DNA from: Amphiscolops sp. MND2022
Taxonomy: Eukaryota
Direction of reading: 5' to 3'
Length of the DNA: 64,000 bases
Assembly: GCA_964187785.1 (NCBI GenBank)
Contig: OZ076409.1
Coordinates: 23,190,001 to 23,254,000 of the forward strand
Every line of letters starts with the position of its first letter. Position 1 is the stretch's first letter. The translations under genes were made by a program, and so were the position numbers. A model generated the notes under the pieces. The model ran no database searches, was not told where the DNA came from, and saw only the letters and a program-made list of their open reading frames with translations. Below, piece by piece: positions 23,615-34,145 of this stretch.

Positions 23615-26134
23615 ATACACGTATATAATAAATATAGTTCACTCTTTAGTTCACCCTTCAACTGTTCCCAAAGTTGACACCACCAATTCCGAAAATCATA
23701 TTTCAGACCAAGATCCTAACATTTTAAACTTAATGGTATCTCATTATGATTGTGCAAAACAAAATAACTTAAGACAATTCAGTTTATTAAATGTAGAACC
23801 ATGTAAACAAGCACCCTCAGATATACAACACACAAAAACCCAAGCAACAGTTTACGTTAGAGCAAAAGCCAAAAGAATAAAAGCCTTTAAATGTGAAGCA
23901 TATATAAAGACTGAGAAAGTCTGGTGTTCACAAACATTCACATCTAGTAGACGATATGATCGTTTACAATGAAGACAAAACACATTAGAACTTCCAAAAA
24001 TATTAGACCCTATTGAATGCAAAAATATGATCAGATATTTAAACGCGACTGATAGCGAAGAATTAAACAACTACAATATACAAAGCTCTTTCTCATTGTT
24101 CGACGATAGTAATTATCAAAACACAATTGAACGAATTCAGACACCATTTAGAGTAAAAAAATTAAATACATGGCATATTGGAACCTTCGTATTTAACGAA
24201 AATTATCCTGATTGGATAATGTTACACAAAATACATACTCTAGATGTCGATCAGACCGCGAACATTTAATTACCCGACAAAGTTGGAAACTTAGAATTGT
24301 TAACACCGCAATAGATTATGACGATAAAAACAATCAATTAATACATAACGGACACATATTACCATGTTATCATTCAGACGGATTTTGTAAACCAACGACC
24401 AAAACTCCATATACATTAACATGGTTTGATGAAAAAGTTTGCCTCATATTTCAACTTCAAGAATTCATTGGTAGAATGACACGAATCAAAGATAGATATT
24501 GGATAGAAACCGATACCTTCATTGAAACTTCAAACATCACACAAAAACTTCAAACCGAAGGAATACAAGGAACAAAATACCCTAATATAAAAACACCACA
24601 ATCAAAAGTAAGCAATCCAAGCCTTTCTCAATTTGAAATATACCCAATTGCACAAACCTTCTGTGGAAAACCTGAACCATTATTTTCAACACAATATGAT
24701 GACATCTTTGTTACATACTTAGATGGTTTTGATATGAACACATGATTACCAAAACCACACTCAATAATTGACCAAACAATTAGTGGAAATATAAAATATG
24801 ATGATTCAAACAAAAGGTATATATTCCCTGCATTGAATATATCAAACAATTTCGCCACTTTAGACTATGATGCCCACATTAATACAAAGATTGATTTCAC
24901 AATAAATCATGTATTTAAATCCATGACAGTACAAGAACTAAACACTCTTCATACAATATGTGAACTAGAAAGAACTCAACTGTTAACAATACTATCAATG
25001 TCAGTTAAAAATCCCCAATTAGCCGGTTTTCTTTTAACTGGAAATCGTAGTAACTTTCTCTACGTTGAAGGATCTACAGCATGGCTGTATGATTGCCCTC
25101 ATTTTATATCACCACTATACAAGGCAGATAAATGCTTTGATAGAATTCCTATACACTACAGAGAAACAATAATGTATGTTGACCCAATAACAAGACAAAC
25201 TTTTAACTACGCAACACCAATTGAATGTGGAAATAACCCACAAAATATAATAGAATTAGATCCAGATTCCAACGACGGAGATTTTTATGTGTTAACACCA
25301 GAACCACTCAAACGAGAAGCACCACAAATGTTTAAACCTACTCAAATTAAAACAACAATCACTCCTGATACATTTACCGCCCAAGATGCCGGTATATACT
25401 CAAATGCAGAATTAGATCAATTCTGGAATAGAGTATTATTTGCTAAACATTCAGACACAACTCTTCAATTACTTGGAAAATCATTAAGCTATGATTTCAT
25501 TTCAATGCATAATGAAAAACACTCATACTCAGGACATAATCCCTATAATCATTTAAGGATTGGAGTACATGACCACTTGTTAAATCTTTTACCACTTTTT
25601 AACCCTGACTGGTTCAGTCAAGCATTCATTAATTTCTTTGGATACCCATGTTATGTTTTAACCCAATGTGGAATTTATTTTTCAACATTCCTTTTCATTA
25701 GAGAAGTTTTAACATTTTTACTCAAATTCTACAGAACAATTAGCATAAAATATAATCTCCAAAGCAACATTTCCATTTTGAGTTCAATAGCCCATGGATT
25801 TTTTAATATAGTTACATCGGAAATTGTAACCGATTTAAATAATACAGGAAAACGAAAACGGATATACACTAAACACAAAATTACAACAAGTGAAAATGAT
25901 AATATCCTATTGCCGGAAAAAGAATTAAACAATAAACGAAGACACTCTGATACTGACTCCCCTTATTTACCTCCTAAATATTCCAGTAAGAACTCAACAT
26001 TTCAATCACCGCAAAAGACACACCCAACTAATGTAAACGATATTAATTCTCAGGACTATGACCCAATAATGTCAAATGTAATAGCTGTACTGGAAAGTCC
26101 TGCTAAAGTCTTTATAAAATTCAATCCCTCCTAG
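23562..26134 (+). pseudogene. env: Element B env-like glycoprotein (~855 aa), resembling class III chuvirus G / gB-type fusogens
   Basis: Hydrophobic N-terminus, SHYDC, Cys-rich ectodomain, TICELERTQLL...NPQLAG...WLYDC...KCFDRIPI...YVDPITR...IEC, C-terminal TM; stops at 23970 and 24743, frameshift ~24215. Confidence 0.85.
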
Positions 26135-26550
26135 CTTAAAAGCAATAACTTAAAAAACAAATTAACCTCAAGAAAAGTTCACAAAATTATCAACCAAATT
26201 CTTCTCAGTTTCAACTTTCATTCACACCCAAATTCTCACTCGGACCGGTCTCTCCTTTTCAACTCAACTCAACTCTCAACCAGAAGACTTCAACTGGATT
26301 TTCAGTCCATCTAAACGACCGAAATCACAGAAGTTTCTATTCCTGGAATAGATGCCACTGTGATTGTTGATGTTTTCAACCCATCATTGACCCAGTATTC
26401 CCATATTGTAAGTACAATTTAAACTTTAATTTTACCAAACAATTTAATGGATAGAAAAGACATAACAAAATTTTTCCTTAGTATTAGAAATAATGTAATC
26501 AAATGTTATAATTATTATTTTAGCTCTACAAAAACACGCAAGTTTAAATA

Positions 26551-27843
26551 ATGGAATCCTTGCCCGAAATTGATGTAGTTAACTCTAATCCCTCTGAATT
26601 GCTTGCAACCCCTTTGAATATAACTATTCAACAAAATGTTAACGAAGATAATAACTCTTCCTCCAACTCTCACGACCCTATAGAAAATATCCCTATTGAA
26701 CAAGTAGATCATGTTAACACAAGATCTCAAAAAAGAAAGTACCCAGATATAACCGCAGATAAACCTTTTATGGAATCTGGCGCTTGCCCTCCTTTCATAA
26801 AACCAATTAAACAAGATGAAGATAGAGATTGTGAATTAGTTCCTATTCTCTCGTCGAAACAATTCACATTTCAATCTCAGTTAACTTCGTTATACATGAT
26901 TCCAACAAAATACAAATTCATCATCAGAGAATTTAAAAATGATTATCATACATCAATTGCTTCAAAACTGATTACCCCATATGATTGGTGGTTAAACAAT
27001 AAAGTGAAAATTTTCTCACTTCAATACAACTTCCTCAGACCATCTCCATATGATCTTCGAACAGAAGAAAATGATGCAAATTTTTTGCCATATCAAATCA
27101 AAAAGGCCCACCATACGACTTATCAAAAGTTCCTTCAATATAAAGAGCCCGATAATTATATATTCTTCAACTCCAAATATACATCGCCATTCACTTTCAA
27201 CTCAGAATATTTAATAGATCATACCAAAACAAAAGGAAAACATAGAAATTATGACCCGCTGAAACAAAGTTTTCTCTTCCTTCCAAATGATAACCCAAAA
27301 AGACCAATCATTGTTCCACAAGAATACCTCATTCTAAACGACGATTCGTTACTACAAGAAGATATACCTCAACATATATCTGATCCTCTTCCTCCACTTC
27401 AACAGATAGCCTCTCAACCATTGGGAGACTGTGAAAAGTCTTATTTCCACGCAATGATCAAAAAGGAATATTCAAATAATGAATTAATTTTCATTATTTC
27501 CCACCTACTTTCACTTATTACAAATGGAAATCACAAAGAAAATAAAAAGGCAAAACAAGAATCGCCTAAGAAATCCAAAAATGATATTCCTCAACCACAA
27601 AGGTTTCGCCCAACAGATGAATTACAGAAATATACAGAAATTCTGAATATCATAAAACCGTATCATCATCCAAACCGAGATATTCTTGTAACAATCGCTG
27701 AAATCGTAAATACCCTTGAACAAGCTCGAAGCATAATACAAAATATCGTATTTGATACGACAAGAATTAGCCAATCAGCTTTGTGCATTCGCACATCCTT
27801 AGACGAATTCAACTACACTATTGAAAAAATGCATCGATCTTAA
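26551..27843 (+). CDS. Element B accessory ORF, 430 aa, unknown function
   Basis: Intact ATG-initiated 430-codon ORF in AT-rich DNA between env and the 3' LTR. Confidence 0.75.
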   Translation: MESLPEIDVVNSNPSELLATPLNITIQQNVNEDNNSSSNSHDPIENIPIEQVDHVNTRSQKRKYPDITADKPFMESGACPPFIKPIKQDEDRDCELVPILSSKQFTFQSQLTSLYMIPTKYKFIIREFKNDYHTSIASKLITPYDWWLNNKVKIFSLQYNFLRPSPYDLRTEENDANFLPYQIKKAHHTTYQKFLQYKEPDNYIFFNSKYTSPFTFNSEYLIDHTKTKGKHRNYDPLKQSFLFLPNDNPKRPIIVPQEYLILNDDSLLQEDIPQHISDPLPPLQQIASQPLGDCEKSYFHAMIKKEYSNNELIFIISHLLSLITNGNHKENKKAKQESPKKSKNDIPQPQRFRPTDELQKYTEILNIIKPYHHPNRDILVTIAEIVNTLEQARSIIQNIVFDTTRISQSALCIRTSLDEFNYTIEKMHRS

Positions 27844-28364
27844 CTGGTAATTATGGGATAATAGCTTTAAAGTTGTTAACACTTATCATTTAATCTCTTA
27901 ACAACCTGTCAAAATTATTTGAATCTACACGCATATGCCTGCTATGCATGATTCTAATACATGCTTGATGTTAAAATACACTTTTAAAATGAAATAACAT
28001 AAAATTTTCAATCACGACATAAAAATTTTCAACGAAATTCTTCAATTGCTCCTCCTTTTAATGGACCGATTTCAACAAATAAGTACTTATATGAAAGATA
28101 TTTAAATACCCTTCAAAAAACTTCCAAAATACAACAACTTAATTCTTAAAATTAAAAAGTTATAACATCACAAAATTCAATAAAAAAATGTCAACTACGA
28201 AATTCTATTTTCAAAGGAACTTTATTGTAAACAAACTAATCTATTTTAGGTGAATATCGTCACAACTGCTTCTTCAGCATTCCTTCCTCCTCTCAGGTCA
28301 CCCATTCAAGAAGAATTCCGAAGTATCTTCTACAGCTTTCAACCAAATTTTCTCATTCTTCAAT

Positions 28365-28841
28365 ATGACAACTATCCACTCTGGCGACATTGACTGCCCG
28401 ATAGCTCCTTTTCTTTCAATCTCTTCAGCTCGATTGCGATCCTTGATCCTGAAAAAGCATTTAACGACATTAAATGCGCAGCTTCGAACAGAAAAAAAGG
28501 CAGACCCACATCTTACAAGGATGATATTGCTTAATATGTTCCAAATATTCCAAATAACAAGAATAAATTTCGACCAATATCTCCATATTCATAAACATCC
28601 TGACACTTATTCAACTCGAAAGGATGCCACTACCCAAACAGAACATACTACCATCAAACCCAAGCGTTTAATACGAACTCTATCCAATAGAATGCGTTCC
28701 GAAATGGAAAAACAACGTCTAAATTCATATTGGCCCTCAGATGACAATGATGACACTGACGAAGACCTTCAAAAAGATCCCCCAGAAGCACTTATAGATG
28801 ATAATTACCCACACAAAACATATACTTACGTTTCCTTCTAA
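28365..28841 (+). CDS. Element B accessory ORF, 158 aa, acidic C-terminus
   Basis: ATG ORF, preceded by an acceptor-like CTATTTTAG|G near 28249. Confidence 0.5.
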   Translation: MTTIHSGDIDCPIAPFLSISSARLRSLILKKHLTTLNAQLRTEKKADPHLTRMILLNMFQIFQITRINFDQYLHIHKHPDTYSTRKDATTQTEHTTIKPKRLIRTLSNRMRSEMEKQRLNSYWPSDDNDDTDEDLQKDPPEALIDDNYPHKTYTYVSF

Positions 28842-29387
28842 TATCAACAGACGCCACCAACAGCACCCGTCTACTCCCATCTTCGAATTCCACATCTTCA
28901 ACGAGCAACAGATCAGCACCCATCTTCAACTTCACCGCCGCCCAACAGTTGCCCACCTTCATTCATCTGCTGACCCTTCTTCTTCCATCTTCCAATCGTC
29001 CATCGTCACCCACATGCTCAGCCGAAGATGATCGATAAGTAATAATAAAGAAAACTCAAAGAAAAACATTGTGCATGATAACATTTCGAAAAAGTTTCAA
29101 ACTCATCTAATATTTCATAGAATTCAAACTCTCATCTAAATTATTCATTATGTAGTTATTATTTCAAATTTCATCCCCACCCACATTTATTTGCCCAAAA
29201 ATTTTTATTCACACCTGTACCGATATTTATTTGCTTTATTTTTAAAGAATAATTAGTAATAAGTATTATTTTTCGGTGCTATCGTACCCAACAAAAAATT
29301 CACAAATATTATCAACAAATCTTTTCAAATTTCAACAAAACCAGCTCCAAATCAGATCACGCACATTGTTCAGATCAAATTCGAATA

Positions 29388-29796
29388 ATGACAGACCCAA
29401 GTTCTCAAAGTTTTCAACATTTGTTACATAACAAACCCGCCAAAGTTAATTACAACCTGGAATCTTTTCAAACGTATTTCACGTTCGATAAAAATTTTTT
29501 CTCAACAATATTATTTCTTTGACTCTTTGACCTCTAACTCGTATGATGTTTGCTCACGTTTGTTCAATGCGAAGTTCATTCAAAACTTCAACAGAAGCAT
29601 AAAATTGAGCATCTACCAGTTCAAAAAACAAGCCGACGAAAGCATAGTGAAAAAGAACACTTTGACGCTTTTGAACTGTAGTCGCACCTACGAGGTGTCA
29701 ATCAAAATTTTGACAATTCGAGGTACACCAATGAGTCGAACTTACACCACTCTTAACGAGACTTATGCCAATCATCCATCAAATGAAAAATGTTAA
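29388..29796 (+). pseudogene. Possible last accessory ORF of element B (frameshifted)
   Basis: ATG at 29388 (MTDPSSQ...) shifts into ORF 29527-29796. Confidence 0.35.
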
Positions 29797-29878
29797 CTAG
29801 CTGAAACGCTAAGAACATTTAAACAAAAAATTTTTCTTCATTTCAATTAATGATGCTACTTTAAAATTTTATTTTATT

Positions 29879-29894
29879 TAAAAACCGGGATGGA
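29879..29894 (+). promoter_or_regulatory. Polypurine tract of element B
   Basis: AAAAACCGGGATGGA abutting the 3' LTR TG. Confidence 0.7.
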
Positions 29895-30163
29895 TGTACT
29901 GACCTACATTAATAACCAATAGTATTTAGATGTTTATAGAATGTTCTAGAATGTACATTTATTTGTTATTGAATGATTGTAAATCTCTACTCCTTCAGAG
30001 AGAGAAAACTAATAATCAGTATTCAGTTGACTTCCTTTTTGTTCTACTCCTAACATCTCGGAATAGTTGTAATAAGGTAAGCTAGCTAGCCTGTCTCTCA
30101 GCCGCTTTTAGTAGTTGCGTATAAGACCATCAAAAACAATAACCAACCATTAAAAGCAGCACA
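29895..30163 (+). repeat. 3' LTR of element B
   Basis: Direct repeat of 11689-11957. Confidence 0.97.
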
Positions 30164-30167
30164 AAAC

Positions 30168-30463
30168 TCAAATATGAGTCGCGAAATATCATCGATGGAA
30201 AGAGCACTTTCAACCCGCTCGTATTGGCCTGCACTGGTGGAGCTGGACCATCAGTCACAGAAGTCATAACCCGACTTGCGTCAAATGTCAACGAAAAAGG
30301 TAATGAAAGCTATTCTGAAGCCATTAGCTATATCCGAACCAAAATAAGTTTCGCCCTACTTCACAGCTGCGTGCTCTGTCTAAGGGGCTGTAGGTCGACG
30401 CGCTGTAAACCAGCCACGGAATCATCGATCAGCGCTGTTGTCAACGAAGGAGGGCTGTCATGA
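30168..30463 (+). mobile_element. CRE-clade non-LTR 3' fragment, right part
   Basis: PLV.ACTGG.GP...RLA...YSEAISYIRTKISFALLHSCVLCLRGCR. Confidence 0.8.
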
Positions 30464-30584
30464 ACCGGACAATACTTCGGGTGGGACTAATTCTAGAATC
30501 AGAACTTTTTTCTTTTCTCTGGACGTTCAGTAAATTTGAGATACGATAACCTAGTTCAAAAATCATCCTCCACTTGCCGTTTTT

Positions 30585-30669
30585 TCAGATTTTGTATTTT
30601 TATGAGACCGTTACTGACACTGTAAGTCCTACAGTGTCAGTAACGGTCTCATAAAAATACAAAATCTGA
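30585..30669. repeat. Perfect 40-bp inverted repeat with a 5-nt loop
   Basis: 30585-30624 is the exact reverse complement of 30630-30669. Confidence 0.95.
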
Positions 30670-31754
30670 GGCGGCTCTGCAGCTTGCAGCGTTTTGACAC
30701 CTGATCTCTTGCCATACACTTTTATATTTAAATTTACCGTCACGCCCCCTCTGCACTATGGCAGATTAGCTTTACAATATTGTAAAATCAACAAAGGTAG
30801 ATTCAGAAAATGTCAAAAAATGAACAAATCAGGCACTTAAAATTTGGAAATACAGTTTAACGTGTAAATATTTTGAGAAAAAAACTGAGCATTTTCTGTT
30901 TCCAAATAGTAATATCCATATGGATCCAAAATAGTTCTACCGAAAGTCCCCTTTGTCCATCTACTTACTTCAATTGAGCAGTAAAGATGTCCCCTTTGAC
31001 AATAACGCACCCATACCAGATTTAACGCAAGCCGGATATAAGTGATACTGGATATAACGTATACCGGATATAGCGTTTCTTTTAGAAAATTTCAATGATA
31101 CCAAAGGGTCCCTCTTTTAATTTTCAGAAACTTTAGAATTGATACAAAATCATTTGAAGACAAAGGGTCCCCCTTTAGATTTTTCTTTGGCGCAAATTGG
31201 GATTAACGAATACCGGAATTAACGTATTACGGACATAACGTTTCTTGGAAAATTTTTCAATATTAGAAAAAGGTCACCTTTCGATTTTCAGGAAGTTTAG
31301 AGTTGATGAAAAATCATATAAAGCCGAAGGATTCCCCTTCGGATTTTCTCCGGTATTGACAGAACGTAATCTTTTTCAACTTAACTGAACAGCTAGTTTC
31401 ATTCTCAATACTTTGAGAATCATGTTTTTCAGAAATTATTGAAACAGAAGAGTCCATAATTTTTTTGGTGTTTTGAGCTACGGGAAACGCGGCTTTCAAG
31501 TCTTATGGGCATTCCTTCGGGTTTTTTGGCACTGTAATCTTGAAGAAGATTTCTGAATAGTGTCCTTAAAGATTGATTTTTGGCACTTTGGGACGTTTTT
31601 CCGAGGAAAACATTTTGAAAAAATAGGTTTTTGTTGTTTGCAGTGGGGGAAAAGGTTGTTCTTGAGCTTTATGTGTATTCCTTTGAGAATTGTTTTACTG
31701 AGAAATTAATAGAATTTCAACCAGGGTGTTTTTTGCATATTTAAGAACCTTGCT

Positions 31755-32333
31755 TTCTAGTCGGCGCTTTTTCTTTTTAAGGAAAAATGCTCGCCTGTTA
31801 CAGTGACCTTTTTTCTTCAGACCACAGACCTCACACTGATCCGTCCACTTTTTAGAGAAACTCGTGAAACCACTAAGGCCAAGTCCGGCCAATGCAAAGT
31901 AAGTGCAAGGGGTCCCCTTTTTTAAGGTAACCTACAAAACCGGACGAGATTAAAGGGTCCCCCTTTTTGATTTTTTTTCGGCACTGTGCGAATTTTTTCC
32001 GAAATTTTTTTAATGTCTCAAAAGGGTCCCCTTTCGAGTATCTTGATATTTTGCAACAGAATGTATGTTATTAAGTCTTAAAGGGCCCCCCTTACATTTT
32101 TCGGCACTATGCAACATTTTCCGAAAAAAATCCGAATTTTTTTTAAAAAGTATTTGTTTTTGTTCCAGTTGTAGGAAAAGTGGTTTTCAAGTCTTATCGA
32201 GCTTGAAAGGCAACCTTTGGGTGACTCGAAACTGTTTTCTGAGCTTTTCATAAATACATCCTGGGCATATTTCAAAAACTTTGCGCTTTTTGAGCCTTAG
32301 ATAGAGCGCCGCCTTTAGACGTTCTCGTCTTGT
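31755..32333 (+). mobile_element. HINE-like (Helentron-associated) non-autonomous element, copy 1
   Basis: 5' AGTCGGCGCT, 3' AGCGCCG(C)CT plus AGACG-TTCT-CGTCT hairpin plus TGTT. Confidence 0.6.
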
Positions 32334-32782
32334 TTATGTTGGAGGGAATACGATACAAATACGAAAAGAGCACGTGTTAAAAGAAAGGCGAGTCGTAGCA
32401 AGTTGAAGAGGGTTTCGTATACGCTGCAAGCTGCAGAGTCGATTAGCGATTCAAACTAGCGACAACTAATAGAGTGTCTAAATTCAAAACTTCCTCGGAA
32501 TATACACGAAGTTTCGAAATGAATTTTGTAAAGTTCCACTGTTAGGCCTGTAATAAAACTCACACTGTATGAGAAATTTTCTTGCAAAAATTGAAAAAAG
32601 TCATCATTGGATTTTGAAACATACTGAATTGAAACAATTTATAGTTACAAGGCGAAGTTTTTCAACGAAATAGCGATTCTGGAATAGCGGTTTAGCGAAT
32701 AGCAAAAAAATAGCGATGTCAAAATCTTTTCTGAATAAGTCGGCAACAAATGTCTGAATAAGCCCTGAAAAGGACACATTTT

Positions 32783-33515
32783 TGGCTCTTGTCTGTTTAG
32801 AACAACCCCCCCCACAACCGCCCCCCCCAGCACCACCAATTTTTATTTGGAAAAATAATGAAAAACAAATCAACAGCTTCCTGTTTTGAGTCATCAATAA
32901 ACACTTAATACGAACATAATTATAATCAAAATGTGTGAACAATGTTTTGTTCAAGCAAAAAACTATTCTAATGGACGTTAACTTCCTGTTATTAAAAAAG
33001 TTGGTTCTTTTCTGTAACCCCCCCCCCCCCCACCACCAAAATTTTTAATAAAAAATTAGTTAAAATCTTATAACAAATAGACTTGAATACAAACCAGAAA
33101 GCTTCATTTTCAAATTTATTCTCAGGGTGATAGCTTAGGATTCAGATACAAACTTTTTTCACCCTTTTTCCTTATGTAGTTACGCATTTTTGATGAAGAA
33201 ATCAACAGCTTCCTGTTTTGAGTCATCAATAAACCGTAAGTGTGACACTTAATACGAACATAATCATAGTCAAAATGTGTGAACAATGTTTTGTTCAAGC
33301 GGAAAACTACTCTAATGGAAGTAAACTTCCTGTTATGAAAGAAGGTTTTACTTTTAATTAGGCTAGTCCAAAGTTTTTAAGGAAAGTTATTTTCAAAAAT
33401 TTTGGTGGTGGGGGGGGGAAACAGAAAAGAGCCAAAAAGTTAATTAGGCTAGTGTAAAGCTTTTAAGGAACTTTACTTCCAAAAATTTTTAGTGGTGGGG
33501 GGCAGAAAAGAGCCC
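32783..33515. repeat. MITE-like cluster of inverted C-run/G-run units with an internal ~130-bp direct repeat
   Basis: TTGG(C/T)TCTTTTCTGT..CnACCACCAAAATTTTT (33001-33046) is inverted at 33395-33434; further copies at ~32783 and ~33481; 32868-32995 repeats at 33200-33335. Confidence 0.65.
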
Positions 33516-33727
33516 ACATTATAGTTAGGCATGAACAAAAAAGTCTATTCAGCGTTACAAACTTTCTTGAGAGTTCTAGAAAAAGCTGGTTTTGAATGAA
33601 CGAGCTGCAAAATGAGAAGTAGAATGTTATCCTTTCAAAGAGTAACCGGTGAAATGTGAAGCAAATTGAGGCCAAATAGTTTTTGTAAACAAAAATTTTC
33701 AATGAAATATTTCATTTGTATTTTTAG

Positions 33728-33942
33728 CACCTGGCTGATCTATCTAGTGAAGTCTTTGATAATGCTCTAGAAGCAACTCTGACAAATTCAGGCCCCACAC
33801 CGACCCCAATGGCAGTTCTCCGCCGGGTCACAGTAAGTCCTCCAACTAAGGGCGTTAAGTCGTCTAGTTCCTGCAACGGGGCTGGCGAAAAAGTTGCAGG
33901 GGTCCCGAGTTGGACTGACATTGGAAGCCAGAGTTTATTGAG
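33728..33942 (+). CDS. Candidate host-gene internal exon (HLADLSSEVFD...SQSLLR)
   Basis: TTTTTAG acceptor, stop-free GC-richer 215 nt, AG|GTG donor-like end at the gap edge. Confidence 0.4.
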
Positions 33943-33945
33943 GTG

Positions 33946-34145
33946 NNNNNNNNNNNNNNNNNNNNNNNNNNNNNNNNNNNNNNNNNNNNNNNNNNNNNNN
34001 NNNNNNNNNNNNNNNNNNNNNNNNNNNNNNNNNNNNNNNNNNNNNNNNNNNNNNNNNNNNNNNNNNNNNNNNNNNNNNNNNNNNNNNNNNNNNNNNNNNN
34101 NNNNNNNNNNNNNNNNNNNNNNNNNNNNNNNNNNNNNNNNNNNNN
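33946..34145. other. Assembly gap (200 N)
   Basis: Run of N. Confidence 1.

Larger units (their letters stand above)
11689..30163 (+). mobile_element. Full-length 18.5-kb env-bearing Ty3/Gypsy element B with accessory ORFs
   Basis: Paired LTRs, AAAC TSD (11685-11688 and 30164-30167), PBS, PPT, gag-pol, env-like ORF. Confidence 0.95.
11095..32797 (+). repeat. Copy 1 of a ~3.2-kb duplicated block (11095-11688 plus 30168-32797), split by element B
   Basis: Colinear with 37430-40595 from ATGCTACAGACC to TTTTGGCTCTT. Confidence 0.9.
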
